A stretch of 64,000 bases of DNA from Octopus sinensis (lineage: Eukaryota), in assembly GCF_006345805.1 (NCBI RefSeq), contig NC_043007.1, positions 35,464,001 to 35,528,000 of the forward strand. Direction: 5' to 3'. Positions 48,389 to 62,281 of this stretch are shown here, in pieces. The notes under the pieces were generated by a model that did not search any database, was not told the origin of the DNA, and saw only the letters and a list, made by a program, of their open reading frames with translations. Within the stretch, counting starts at the first letter, position 1. Each line of letters opens with the position of its first letter. A program made the position numbers and the translations under genes.

Positions 48389-48560
48389 AAGGCGGTGAGC
48401 TGGCAGAATCATTATTACGCCGGACAAAATGCTTCCAGGTATTTTATCCGTCTTTACGTTTGGGTTTAAAATCCTCCGAGTTCGGCTTTACTTTTCATCT
48501 TTTGCGACCGATAAAATAAGTACCAGTTACGCACTGGGGTCGATGTAATTGATTTTTAGA
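48385..48560 (+). mobile_element. SINE family A, diverged and 3'-truncated
   Basis: aaggcggtgagctggcagaatc...gtaccagttacgcactggggtcgat. Confidence 0.8.
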
Positions 48561-49023
48561 TTCGATCTCACTGTGCGATACATAAATTGTTTTCTACCAT
48601 ATCCTTAGACCCACCAAAGTCTTGTGAGTGACGTTTGGCAGACAGAAACTGCATGGAATTTCTTCCTGTTTTCGGATGTGTGGATGAGTGACTTAATCCA
48701 CCACCCGCTTTAACAAGGCTACATGTACTTGAGGTACCGTTTAGTTGAGTCCGCACTGCTGCAATCATTCTAGCCAGGTTCCCTGTCTGAGCATAGCGTC
48801 CTTTTTGCCTTCACCGATTCCGGAGGCCTTGAAATAAAGTCGTAGCAATGCCCTGGCTTCTCTGACTACACACACATACCACCTTGTGTGTGTGTGTGTG
48901 TGTGTATGTATATATTAACCAGTGTCTTTTTCCATCCTTTAAAGACTATCTGCTGAGATTTTGGAAAACTTGGCCGTTATTTTAGGTTGAGAGACCGCAT
49001 AATGAGTCACCCACGTTGCTTTA

Positions 49024-49080
<57 letters not shown>

Positions 49081-49336
49081 CAGCAGCGCAGTAGTAGTAG
49101 TAGTCATTGTCGTCGTTCTTGTTGGTCCAAGACCAACCCTCATCTAGCGGGACTGTCGTCAAAAACCCTCCAGACGTGATCATCCCGTCTTTACTTTTAA
49201 GCCTATAGTACAACTAAGACTCCATTATCAAACGTGACCATCTTTTGATTTCAAAACAGCAGGATTTTGAAAATTAGCAGCTATTTTCAGATCAAACTAC
49301 GCGATATAATTGAATAGTTTCTGAAGTTCCTTTCCA

Positions 49337-50430
49337 GTGGTTGACAGTTTTAACGGTGGTAACCAAAGGGACCCTTAATGGAAGCGAGTAAAAAGACTGT
49401 TCATGCAGTATTTTAATGGCAGTAAATGGAGTCTTTTAATGGGGGAAACGGTGAGTCTTTTGAATGGAAGTAAACGAAATAACTCTTAATAGAAGTAAAT
49501 AAAGAGTCTTTTAATGGCGGTTAATATAAAGTATTTTAATGGAGGCAAATAAAGAGATTTTTAATGGAGTTACACAGAGCCTTTTAATGGCAATATTTTT
49601 TTAAATGGGGATAAACAATGAGTCTTTTAATACAACTGAACAATGAGGTGGTTGACAGTTTTAACGGTGGTGACCAAAGGGACCCTTAATGGAAGCGAGT
49701 AAAAAGACTGTTCATGCAGTATTTTAATGGCAGTAAATGGAGTCTTTTAATGGGAGAAACGGTGAGTCTTTTGAATGGAAGTAAACGAAATAACTTTTAA
49801 TAGAAGTAAATAGAGTCTTTTAATGGCGGTTAACATAAAGTATTTTAATGGAGGCAAATAAAGAGATTTTTAATGGAGTTACACAGAGCCTTTTAATGGC
49901 AATAGTTTTTTAAATGGGGATAAACAAGGAATCTTTTAATAAAGCTGAACAATGAGTCGTTTAATGAAGATAAATAATGTGGAATTTAATGGAGATAAAT
50001 AATCTTTTAATGACAGTAAATAAAAAGTAATTTAATTGCGGTAAATATACTTTGAATGGAGTAAAGCAAAATGTTTTAACAAAGTCTTTTAGTGAGAGTA
50101 AACAAAGAGGTAAACAATGGAGGTAAGCTGATTTTTTAACGGCAATGGGTAGCGGCTTTTAATGAAGGTAAATAGGGTGCCTTTTAACTGCAATAAACGG
50201 TCTTTTGATGAACTTAAGTAAAGTGTGTTGTATACGAATGTTGATATGAGAGTCTTTTAATGGAAGTAATCAAAGAGGAAATTAATGAAAATAAACATTC
50301 TTTTAATGGAAATAGAGTTCCTTTAATGGGCGTTAACAAAGTGTCTTTCAATGGAGTTAAAAGACGTTTTTTAAAGGGGGTGAACTATTTTTTACGGGGA
50401 TACACGGAAACTTTCAACGGAGATAAGCAG
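49337..50430. repeat. ~21-24-bp minisatellite (ttttaatgga core) with a ~310-bp higher-order duplication
   Basis: 49337-49647 and 49648-49956 are near-identical; degenerate monomers continue to about 50430. Confidence 0.85.
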
Positions 50431-51114
50431 TCATAATGGCCTTTCAGGACTTTTTTTACCCAGAACTTTCGAATTCCCCCTTCCTTTGATTATTAGGTTG
50501 ATAGGGTGTGGCTTAAGGGAGATTTAGCAGCTATTTCTAGCTGGTCGGACTTACACGAGAGCGCTGCATCGGCTCCTTCGTTACTTAGTAGCAATTGCTT
50601 TATGTCTTAATATCCATCCTAACAATCTAATACTTCTGTCTATCCCTAGAGCTAATCTTAATCAGATTAAGATACATAAGTATATATTGAATTAATCTGT
50701 GAGTTCAGCTGCTCTTGCTTAATCCTTCTCCAGTAAAATCCATCCGTTCAGACAGGCACTAAGTGGGTCAATGGAGAGAGAGGATGAAAGAGTGATGGTT
50801 AGAGACTGGAGATAGAAAGAAAGAGAGAGTTTGTATGAGCGGTACCGATATACGTATATATAGAGGGAGAGAGACAGAGAGAAAAAGTGAAAGATAGAAA
50901 GAGAGGTGTGTGTGTGTGTGTGCGATGTGCTTGTTAATTTACTGTCAAATTCGAATTTAGCAGGCTGCCTTTTCCACTTGGTTTCGGGTTCAGTCTCACT
51001 GCGCAGCACCTTGTTATAGCTCCGAGACAACTTTGTGAATTTGAGAGACCTAAACTGGAAACATGTTTTGAAGCCCATGATATGTGCGTATATGTGTGTG
51101 TGTGTATACATATG

Positions 51115-51172
<58 letters not shown>

Positions 51173-51316
51173 CGTATGTGTATGTATGTATGTATATTTA
51201 TATGTCTATGTTTTAAATGCAAATAACCATAATAGTGAAACGCGCATAGGGAACAAATGATTTATGCTTGTGTTTATCATAATTTTCCCCACACGCACAC
51301 ACACACACACGCACAT

Positions 51317-51382
<66 letters not shown>

Positions 51383-52022
51383 CACTCACTCTCTCTGTCT
51401 CTCGCACGTTCGAAGTGATCACTGGTGAATATATCACAATCCGGTTCTTGGATTCTTTGGGGGGGATTTCAGTCGATTGCAACCAATCGGTTCCTTATCT
51501 AAGGAAGTAAATTTGACACACCATCCTATTTAACGATACGATTATATAATCTTTGGAGGACTTAAGTAGAGTTCAATACCAATAGCTGTAAACATTTGGG
51601 TCACTTTTATCTTCCGCTTCCCCCACTCCTGCAGATATTGACCTGTAGGTGTTCAGATTAGGTAATGTCTTCATCGATCTAATCAGTCTTGGGGAAACCT
51701 GAAATGGTTATGGACATTGCCGCTCTTACACTGGTTCAATTAATATATAAATAATTATATAAATAATACACATCCAAATATTATATAAATATTATATAAA
51801 TATTATAAATATTATATAAATATATATAAATAAATAATATATAAATAAATTTATATATAATATTATATAAATTTATATATAATATTATATAAATATAAAT
51901 ATTATATAAATAAATTATATAAATAAATATTACGTAGTTTTAAACAATTACATTTTGATAAAGCAAGATAGATTAGAAAAAGGAGGAGGTCTCATAGCAT
52001 ACATGAAATCGTGCATTTATAG

Positions 52023-52231
52023 CAGGGGTCGAGGAACTTTTTTAACCAATAACCCCAGAATATATTCACTTACGCCGATGTTACCCACTTGATTCGAAAG
52101 GAAGAAAATCATAGATAACAAGGAACACATTTTTTAAATTTATTTTACTTATGTCTAATGAGTCCTCATTACCCACAAGAATTTCATTTTTACTCCACTT
52201 GGGGTAATTTAACCCGGTTCGCCGACGCCTG
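52023..52231. mobile_element. Probable hAT MITE
   Basis: Termini caggggtcgaggaac and gttcgccgacgcctg (15 bp, 3 mismatches); TSD only partial. Confidence 0.55.
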
Positions 52232-52532
52232 ATTTAGATATAGAACCACAACAATAACATGGCCATTGCTACACACTGAACAAACTAGGCGACCACTCGA
52301 AATTTTGGGACGTCGGACAAATCCTAATATAATTAAACAAAATTACATAATCCAATTAAAAACCCGAAATCACAGTAATGAAGTGAGAAGGAGAAGTCAC
52401 GTTCGCCTCAGAGAAGGATGGAGTTTAGGGTTGAACGAGAGATGTGGTGCCATATGACTTAAAGAATTTCGCATGGAACATTTAAAAAATATGCTAGATA
52501 ACAGGTTTACTCAGTGATGTTCATGATAATAA

Positions 52533-52575
52533 TCTATATATATAAAGCTGAAGTTGTCTGTGTGTGTGTGTGGGT

Positions 52576-52606
<31 letters not shown>

Positions 52607-53123
52607 GCAGGTTTGGCAGCCTTCAACTAAATCTATCTCTTCCGAGACCCTGCTGCGCAACTTGACCAAAATTGAGAGTATGATAGAAGAAGGCTTGCTC
52701 TTCATTCCGTAGCAGAAAAATTCAAATCGGACCAAAAATTATTTACATCAAAAAGGTGCTTTTTGTCTATGAAAATCCCTATTTTTTGCGATTTGATGAC
52801 TGCTGTGTCGCCATTTTTCGGTGTATTTCAACTAGAAATATGTTCACTTAAAGAGAATAACAAGCTACATAATGCAAAATTTTTACTTTTCAAAAATTCC
52901 AATTCTAAAGGGTCGAAAAGAATTTTTTTGAGTTGTCATTGGTTTTGAGCGAACAACGGATCAACTGATCCAATGCACGTTACGAGCAAACACGAGCATT
53001 GCCACACTATATTTTTATTCATAGATTGAAACTATGTCAAAACTTTGTTAATGAGACATCAAAGTCTGCCTTTTTAAGCGCAACTAAAAAACTAACCCGA
53101 GCAACGCCGCGCTATGCTGCTAG
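52533..53123 (+). mobile_element. Non-autonomous Helitron, complete
   Basis: A|TCTATATATATAAAG start; cccgagcaacgccgcg hairpin; CTAG|T end. Confidence 0.9.
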
Positions 53124-53169
53124 TAATACAATAAATTTCTTATATTGCGAGTTTATTATTTTTTAACTG

Positions 53170-53735
53170 CAGTTTTCAGTTTGAGTAAAGGCTTGAAGAA
53201 ATTGTAGAAAAATTTGTTGAAGAGAATGCACACTGCAGGGCTGGAAAAAGGGGCGCGTACTGTCAGTCTAGGAGAAGGAATATAGATTCTAGAGATGCGA
53301 AGGACTCACAATGAAGATTGTAGAGCGGAGAGAAGGGGCGCACTTTATGGAGCTGAGAGAATAGAATGTATTTCGAAGAGCTAAGAAAAGAGAGCGCATG
53401 GAAAAGTAGTGCACGTTGTAAGGCCATGAGAAGAGTGTGGACTTTGCAGAGCTAAGAAAAGGAGATGGAAATTGTAATACAGTGAGAAATTGGCACACAT
53501 TGTAAGGGTAAAAGAAGGATTGCAAATTGTAATGCTGAGGAAAGATGTTGCATATTGTAGGGATGTAAGAAGAGGGAACACTTTGTAGAGCTAAGAAAAG
53601 GAAATGCACGTTGGAGTACTGGGAGAATGTGGAACACATTGTAGAGCTAAGAAAAAGGAGTACACATCGTAGCGCTGGGAGAAGGTGACCCAAATTGTAG
53701 AGTTAGGAAAAGGTGACGCTCACCGTAGACCTAGG
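53170..53735. repeat. Degenerate ~25-bp minisatellite (cacattgtagagctaagaaaaggag-like)
   Basis: ttgtagagctaagaaaa recurs at about 25-bp spacing with heavy divergence. Confidence 0.7.
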
Positions 53736-54186
53736 TTTTGGAGCTAAATATCTAACACCAGTATTGGTCACCAATTTTTGAAAGAAAATGTATTGCAATC
53801 TAATCATATGTGTGAATATTTTTTTCTAGTTTATGGTCAGCATTTAAATATATTTTATAACTATTGTAGTCAAGTCACAAATATCTTAAATATATTTAGT
53901 TGCTATCTGTATGTATAAATGTATGAACATATCTTTGTAGACATGAGATCAGTGTCTAAAAATATATTACACAAACAGTTACTATGTAATTATGTATGAG
54001 AACATATTTCAATTGCATCCTGTTTTTGTTTTTTTTTTAAATTTTCAGTTTTTCATGTGACCTGTAAGATCTGCTAGCTTCTGATGTGAGGCAAGAGTTG
54101 AGCCAATATTTTATTATTTAGTAATACTATTTCTAAATAGTATTACTATTTTGTAATATCATTATCAAATAGTAATACTATTCAGA

Positions 54187-54219
<33 letters not shown>

Positions 54220-54423
54220 GAGTGAGAGAGCAGGGCATGCCAGCAAAGTGACACAGGTAAAATATACGAAGCCCAGTATACCCATCATGAATACCCGTCT
54301 GATAAGGGTACACTAGGCACATGCATCACAACCATATGTGCGCGACATGGTGATCTCATATCAAGATAAACAGCACATGACCTTGCAGGTGGGGCCCAGT
54401 TAGAATTTTCTTCTGGTCGAGTA
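54220..54423 (-). mobile_element. (ATT)n-associated retroelement 3' end
   Basis: Flanked by (ATT)n on both sides; homologous to 44817-44965. Confidence 0.75.
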
Positions 54424-54444
54424 TATTATTATTATTACTGTTGG

Positions 54445-54481
<37 letters not shown>

Positions 54482-55289
54482 GCTACTAAATGATAATAGT
54501 CGTGATACTAGTTACTACTTAAATAAACAGTAATTAATAATTAACCAAGTAACTGGATAAAAAAAATGTCTGATTGATCAGAATACTCGATCACGGATGA
54601 CCTAATGTTAAGCAACATTGCTAAAAATGCAAATTTTCGAAAACAAAATTAGAAATAAAAAAATTATACGCAAAAACCTATAGAACATTTGGAGAAAAAA
54701 AAAACGGATTTTCTTCAACAATCAATGTCAAACCATTTGTACTTCTTGCTTTCCGTATTTTCTGAGATTTCGGAGCAGAGATTCAAGCAAGTAATCAATC
54801 AATCAGAGTGACAAACGCAACAGGGGAAAACTAGGCAAAAAATTGGTGACAAAGTCTTTCGATGGTTTTATATGTTGGAAGGAGCGAATAATAATTCACG
54901 ATGTTTAGACTCTCAGGTTAGTTCTGCTCAAGAAAACCTCTAGTCAAAGCGTTCGAGCTATGGCAACTCATCAATTTGTTTACTGACTCATTGGTCCGGC
55001 GGAATAGTTTGACTGAGGAAGCATACATCGTCTAAAGGAGTCGGTGTTCTCCGATGACGAAAAACAACAGTGATCACCAGTTCATGCGTGTTCGTAATAG
55101 GCACGATTCATCGATGAAAGGGGATTCTGAGACATTTTAGTGTCTCATCGGTCAAACATACCTTATCGGACCGCTTTAAGTGGTATTTAAAGAAGTTGGT
55201 AAGGTTTTGCTTGTTTGATTAATTTTAGAAGAAAAAAAAAACAACTAGATTCAGGCACTAAGCTTTTCATAATATTACCTATAACATGC

Positions 55290-55685
55290 GGCGGCGAGCT
55301 GGCAGAATCGTTAGCACGCCGGGCGAAATGCTTAGCGGGATTTCGTCTGCCGCTACGCTCTGAGTTCAAATTCTGCCGAGGTCGACTTTGCCTTTCATCC
55401 TTTCGAGGTCGATTAAATAAGTACCAGTTACGCACTCGGGTCGATATAATCGACTTAATCCGTTTGTCTGTCCTTGTTTGTTCTCTCTGTGTTTGGCCCC
55501 TTGTGGGTAATAAAGAAATAGGTATTTCGTCTGCCGCTATGTTCTGAATTCAAATTCCGCCGAGGTTGACTTTGCCTTTTATCCTTTCGAGGTCGGTAAA
55601 ATAAGTACCAGTTGCGTACTGGGGTCGATCTAATCGACTGGTCCCCTCCCCCAAAATTTCCGGCCTTGCGCCTATAGTAGAAAGG
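55290..55685 (+). mobile_element. SINE family A dimer; second unit has a variant tail
   Basis: Junction aaagaaatag|gtatttcgtctgccg at about 55515-55530. Confidence 0.9.
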
Positions 55686-56766
55686 TTATTTTCATTCAGC
55701 TTCAAGTATTTTATTTCTGAATGTTTATATTGTTCTGAAGGTACAGTATGACCAACTAGTTAAAAAAAAAGAAGCTCTGTTTGAAAATTCGAGATCATAG
55801 GTTCGATCCTACCGCGTGGCATCTAAGGCCGATGTCATTTTCTTTGGTTTCTGGTCGACCCATTCCCTCGTCAGAATACAATTGACTAGACGGAAAGCGA
55901 ATAGAAACCTATCGAATGGAATGTCACTGTCAATCAAAATATACTTTACTGCTAATTACGTCAAGGGTGGACGTAAAGGGCAGCTAATTCAGTCGGTCAA
56001 ACAACTCACGACGAACGACGGAGAGCCACTACACTACAACAGCTGTCACTACATTGTTACCGGCTAAATTCCAACTAGAGATTTATTGCCAAATAATTTC
56101 TCGATATTTAAAGGTGTGGTACCCTCTGTTTTGTTGTTATTGTCATTGTTTTATACAATATCTGTCTTGATAATGTCTTTAAAGAAACAACAACAACAAA
56201 ACGACAAAAAACGAAAACAAACAAACCTATCCAAATAGATTAATTAAAGAGTGAGAGTGGGTCAAGTCCTTCCAGTATCTCCTCTTCGTAGATTAACTAA
56301 ACTGCAGGCGGCATATGGTCTTCAGGTTTTCCAAAATAAAATTCTCTCTCAGTCTCGAAACATCATGACAATATAATAATGTAATTTGCGGTGGAGATAT
56401 ATACACAACGATAACAATGTAACGAGGCTGACTAACAAATCAGACGGCTAAAATGTGCGGCTTAATGGTGGTGAAGTAATACGGGATCGAGATAATAATA
56501 ATAATGCATTTTATAGACGCTTGGGCAGACGTGAATGATAATGCTGCTGGTGGTTGTTGTAGTTATGGTTGTTTTTGTTGTTGTTGTCGGGGTGGTGGTG
56601 GTGGAAGTGGATGTTGCAAAAAACGAACGAGAATTTAATATTTTTTGACATAATCAATGAAATCTAAAAACCAAGTATGCCTAACCGTCGGAGATGAGCG
56701 TTGGTTAGTTCGATTATCGTTTTCCACGCAATTAATCTTCGCTTTATGGTGTGTATTTACGAAACA

Positions 56767-56801
<35 letters not shown>

Positions 56802-57008
56802 TCATTCCGGCAATGTCAACTGACTGTTGGATGAAGCCTCAGAGTGCAGTTGTCGACTGAACTATACAGGTTGTAGGTCAACCCTAGATTGGATAAGAAG
56901 TCAATTGGTCCGCTGATTAACCCTGACCATCTGTGTGTGTTGTGTGTGTGTGTGTGTGTGTGTTGTGTGTGTGTGTGTGTGAGTGTGTGTGTGTGGTGTG
57001 TGTGTGTG

Positions 57009-57041
<33 letters not shown>

Positions 57042-57419
57042 GTGCGCGCGCGTGTGTGTGAAACGGGAAATTTTTTTTCATCAGCTGTACTGTCCCAAAC
57101 TTAGGAATATTTGTAGTTTCGATGCTAACGACAGTTCTACTTTTACGTAGTATGCGCCAACAATCCTAGATACAGTTGTTAAGGACAGATTCAGTGAAGA
57201 CGGTACATGCAAGACATGGAAAAGAAAATATAAATATAGAAAATAGTTCACAGAAAACTACAGGGACGGAGACAACACATAGAACATACAACACAAAAAA
57301 ACTGGCATGGATCGACCAAAACCTTATGAGTGAATTTGGTAGGAGGTTGTGTGGAAGCTTGTCGTGTATATATATAATATATACATACATACATATTTAT
57401 CATATATATATATCTTTTA

Positions 57420-57955
57420 TCTCTTATTTGTTTCAGCTATTAGACTGAAGTCGTGCTAGAGCACCGCCTTGATTTTTTTTGTTTTTTTGGGGGGGTGGGG
57501 GACCAAATGAATCGACCCTGTACTTATTATTTAAGTCTCGTACCTGGCACTTATTCTATCGGAATCTTTTGCCGAACCGCTATGTTACGAGAACGCAAAG
57601 ACACAATTACTGGGTGTTAAGCGGTGATGGAGGGGGAGTGGTCAAACACACACGAAGACACACACGCACACACATACATACAATATATATATATATATTC
57701 ATACATACATACATGCATAAATACATTCATACACACATACATGCATACACACATATATGTGTGTGTGTATGTTACACGTGAAAATTTCCCAGCGTATCCC
57801 ACTATTGGCAATATACGACGGGCTTCTTTCAGTTTCTGTCTACCAAATCCACTCAAGGTTCTGGTTGGCCCGAGAAGTTACTTACCTAAGGTGTCACGCA
57901 GTGGGATGAACCCAGAACCATGTGGTTGGGAAACAAGCTTCTTACCAACCAAGCA
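57420..57955 (-). mobile_element. SINE family C, diverged
   Basis: Head and tail match 3911-4313; expanded internal microsatellite. Confidence 0.8.
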
Positions 57956-57961
57956 ACCATG

Positions 57962-57963
57962 TC

Positions 57964-58025
<62 letters not shown>

Positions 58026-58393
58026 CGGCAGTTTGTCTGTGTGTGTTTCTGTGTGTCTGTTGGTGGTTGTACCCTCACCCTGACCACTGGCTTTCAACCG
58101 ATTCTGATGAAACTTGACACCACAATAGCCCAATGTCATTATTCAAAACTAACGCAGCGAAAATTTTGAAAAGTTCCCCCTCTTGAAAAAAAATCGATAA
58201 ATTCGACATGGGGTCGAGAATCAGAAACACAAACCACAGACTGTCTAGGGGACGCAACTCCACCTTTTTAACTCTCAAAAATAAATTTACCATAATTTTT
58301 TTCCATTGTTTGCTATTTTTTGGCTATAACTCTCTAAAAATGCTTTATTAGTTATTTCCTTACAAACCCGAGCAACGCCGGGCATACTGCTAG
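57962..58393 (+). mobile_element. Non-autonomous Helitron
   Basis: TC(TA)n start, cccgagcaacgccggg hairpin, CTAG at 58390-93. 5' boundary uncertain. Confidence 0.8.
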
Positions 58394-58450
58394 GATATAT
58401 CTATATATATATATATATAAATATATATATTTATACATACATGTATACAT

Positions 58451-58510
<60 letters not shown>

Positions 58511-58708
58511 ATAAATATATATATATATACAATATGTATACATACATACATATATATACAAGATATGTATGTATGTTTGTATGTATGTATGTATGTATGT
58601 TGTATACACCTCCTGGTTGCGATGGGTAAATTGTCGCTCTTTTATATATTTTTTTATTTTACGCATGCACATTGTTTGTTTTTTGATTTTGTCAACTACA
58701 CAATGTAG

Positions 58709-58734
<26 letters not shown>

Positions 58735-58740
<6 letters not shown>

Positions 58741-58895
58741 GGGCTACTTTCAGATTCCGTCTATAAAATCTATTCACAAGTCTTCGATCGACCAGTAACT
58801 ATAGTAAAAGACACTTGTCCAATATTGCCGTGCAGTGAGACTGAACCCAAGACTACAGGGCTAGGAAGCAAGCTTCTTAACCACACAGCCATGTC
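58735..58895 (-). mobile_element. SINE family C, 5' half, diverged
   Basis: Matches 18520-18685. Confidence 0.7.
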
Positions 58896-59364
58896 TGCAT
58901 CTAGCTACGCTTGTTTACTAAAAACAATTTTCTTTTTTTTTAATATATATATTTTTGCTTTTGACCCATGAATGACCTCTGATATCTCTGATTTGCCCTT
59001 TGACATTCTCCGGAAATAATTAACCTTTTTAATACTCCACTTATTATTTTCTTAGTAAATGGCCTTTGTTTAACCTTTTCGTATAATGTAAATGGTGTTT
59101 TTATTTTTTATTTTTAATCTGTGATTCACACAGATGACCTTTACACAAATCTCTATGTACTGGCTCCATTTGCTTGAAATAGAAGCCAAATCTCCTGCAG
59201 ATCATACCCAATCGTGTTACACAAGGAAAAGACACACCAGATGGAGAATGTATTTTGATATTATACTAACAAAAAGAAATAAGATATAATAAACCTAATG
59301 GTTACGGCTAGACGACATTTGATGGGAAATTTCGATCAGGATGGATCTGATATTGGTTTAACTT

Positions 59365-59560
59365 TGGCACGAGGCCAGCAATTTCAGGGGAGGGGGTAAG
59401 TCGATTATATAGCCCCCAAACACCAACCCACCAGTGTTCTACTGGTATTTATTCTATCGATCTCGAAAAGCAAAAAAATCGACCTCGGAAGAATTTTGAA
59501 CTCAGAACGCCGCAAAACGTTTTGGAACGGCGTGCTAACGATTCTGCCAGCCCGCCGCCT
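59365..59560 (-). mobile_element. SINE family A, diverged, variant tail
   Basis: cggcgtgctaacgattctgccagcccgccgcc head. Confidence 0.75.
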
Positions 59561-59604
59561 TGGAAATTGATCAGATGTTAAAAATAACTTCATCATCGTC
59601 GTCG

Positions 59605-59664
<60 letters not shown>

Positions 59665-59672
59665 AGAACACA

Positions 59673-59772
59673 NNNNNNNNNNNNNNNNNNNNNNNNNNNN
59701 NNNNNNNNNNNNNNNNNNNNNNNNNNNNNNNNNNNNNNNNNNNNNNNNNNNNNNNNNNNNNNNNNNNNNNNN
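59673..59772. other. Assembly gap (100 N)
   Basis: Run of N; true size unknown, so sequence on either side may not be contiguous. Confidence 0.99.
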
Positions 59773-59945
59773 TTCCAATCTATTTTATTAATGTGTGAAA
59801 TTTCTTCATAATTATTCACTTCCTTCTTCCTTCCCACCCCTCATACAAAAGAATAAAACATGATGAATCATCGATTGTGTGTGTGTGTGTATGTGTGTGT
59901 ATACATATATGTATGTATGTGTGTGCGTGTATATATGTATATATG

Positions 59946-60000
<55 letters not shown>

Positions 60001-60014
60001 AATTTACATATACG

Positions 60015-60077
<63 letters not shown>

Positions 60078-60669
60078 GAAAAAAATTCGAAAATGTTCTG
60101 CACCTGCCAGAATAGATAATATACAAATTGTAAATTTCTTTCTTTAATTTTTTATTGATTTATTTTTTTATTTAATAATTTTTTATAAGTTTGAATTTAG
60201 ATATCTTGTAAAACAAAAACGAAAAGAAAAAAATAGATAAAAGAATAGAATTGTAGCAATAGAAATTACGGAATGAAAAAATATTTGATAAAGAAGTCTA
60301 ACTTCATTGATAAAATATACCGAATCCAAAAAAGAATTTCGAAAATTACTAAATTAGCCATCAGTGTCAGAAAACTGTCTGCGATTATAATACTAGAGCT
60401 AATACTTCGCCCGGTTTAACGCTTTAGTTTTAAGTTTGGAGCGACTTAAGTGGAGTCCACTACACTGCAAGCGTCCCCGCACGTCTTTAATCTAAGAATT
60501 CAACAAGTCGACATCTTGAAGTGTTGTTTCCGTTACTACAGCTATCCATAAGTGGTGGGTTTTTTTTTTTTTTACCTTCCTTTCCTCCTCTACCTCAGCA
60601 CCTTTCTCGGATACTCTGTAAAACGGTTGCTGTGGTCCTTTTTTTTCCTGTGACGGCGCCATGTATCGA

Positions 60670-61062
60670 ATGAAGAAGAAGGAGGAGGAGAGGTAGAGGA
60701 GGGTGACGACCGCGTTAAGGAAGAGGAGCACGAGAAGGTAGACGAGAAAGAAGAGGGGACTGAGAGAGAAGGAGGCGGAGGAGGAGGAGAAGAGGAAGAG
60801 GAGAAGAGGAAGAGGAGAAGGGGAAGAGGAGAAGAGGAAGAGGAGAAGTGGAAGAAGAAGGAGTAGGAGTAGGAAAGAGGAGAGAGGAGAAGAAGAAGAG
60901 AGAAGAAGAGAAGAAGAAGAAGAAGAAGAGAAGAAGAAGAAGAAGAAGAGAGAAGAAGAAGAAGAAGAAGAAGAGAAGAAGAAGAAGAAGAAGAGAGAAG
61001 AAGAAGAAGAAGAAGAAGAAGAAGAAGAAGAAGAAGAAGAAGACGAAGAAGAAGAAGAAGAA
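60670..61062. repeat. GA-rich and (GAA)n polypurine tract
   Basis: Directly visible. Confidence 0.9.
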
Positions 61063-61249
61063 TTCTGTGTTCTGAATTATTTCCATTTCTTGGAATAATT
61101 TTTTTGTACAATAGATAAGTGGAAAAAAAATAAGGAATATATATGAGTACAAGAATATGATGTAAAGAAAAGGGGTTCTTTTGCAAGATGAATTGACAGG
61201 AATGGGAAATTAATATTGTCAATAGTAATGGCAAATATATTGGCCGGTA

Positions 61250-61777
61250 TTCTTCTCTACTCTAGGTACAAGGCCCGAAGTTTATCGACCCCAAAAGGAT
61301 GAAAGGCAGAGTGGACCTCGGCAGAATTTGAACTCAGAACGTAAAGACAGACGAAATACCTATTTCTTTACTGCCCACAAGGGGTTACACACAGAGAGGA
61401 CAAACAAGGACAGACAAAGGGATTAAGTCGATTACAACGACCCCAGTGTGTAACTGGTACTTAATTTATCGACCCCGAAAGGATGAAAGGCAAAGTCGAC
61501 CTCGGCGGAATTTGAACTCAGAACGTAGCGGCAGACGAAATACCTATTTCTTTACTACCCGCAAGGGGCTAAACACAGAGAGAACAAACAAGGACAGACA
61601 AACGGATTAAGTCGATTACATCGACCCCAGTGCGTAACTGGTACTTATCTACTCGACCCCGAAAGGATGAAAGGCAAAGTCGATCTCAGCGGAATTTGAA
61701 CTCAGAACGTAGCGGCAGACGAAATACCGCAATGCATTTCGCCCGGCGTGCTAACGTCTCTGCCAGCTCGCCGCCTT
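61250..61777 (-). mobile_element. SINE family A trimer (184-bp period)
   Basis: The gaaatacc register recurs at 61360, 61544 and 61728; a single head at 61730-61777. Confidence 0.95.
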
Positions 61778-61999
61778 AGAGCAGAAAAATATTGCGAGAC
61801 TTTTAAGCCAACGCTCTAACGATTCTACCAGTCCGTTGCCTTAAAGAATTCTTTCTGCTATAAGCAAGAGGCCTGGAATTTTGTTAGGAAGGGTTAGTCA
61901 ATTACATCGATCCCAGTACTTAAATAGTACTTATTTTATCGATTCCGAAATGACGAAAGACAAAGTCGACTTTGACAACATTTGCATCCAGAACATAAT

Positions 62000-62281
62000 A
62001 CACGGCTCATACACTCCTTTCCATACACTTTCTGCAACATTGTGTAGGCCTCTGAGCACGTATCGCCATGAGAACTTTCTCTGTCATGGTCAATGCGACG
62101 ATCATACGCTACACACGTTCCTTCCAAGCATTGCTGTAAACAGCAGAAGTGAGTTAGAACGTTAAAACTTAGTGCGCATGCACAGCATAGTTCTAGGTTA
62201 ATCTTTGCCAAGTGACATTACTCTGCGTGCTTTAGCTTTGTTAGTATGGCAACAATCCGGATACTTATTGACGAGGCCTCG
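62000..62281 (-). mobile_element. Mariner 5' fragment: TIR plus start of the transposase HTH
   Basis: TA|CGAGGCCTCGTCAATAAGTATCCGGA terminus; MTEKV..(deletion)..GDTCSEAYTMLQKVYGKECMSR. Confidence 0.8.

Noticed and set aside
51635-51661. 27-nt micro-exon with good-looking acceptor and donor
   Set aside because: All three frames contain a stop, and such site pairs arise by chance. It could only be a non-coding or poison exon.
49337-53735. CRISPR-like reading of the two minisatellites
   Set aside because: Repeats are degenerate and the intervening parts are homologous rather than unique spacers.
60392-60425. Minus-strand Helitron 3' end
   Set aside because: CTAG is present, but the hairpin is poor and no 5' end was found.
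60660-61075. Acidic/basic low-complexity exon (HVSNEEEGGGEVEEGDD...)
   Set aside because: It grades into pure (GAA)n, and I found no convincing splice sites or domain. RNA-seq could overturn this.
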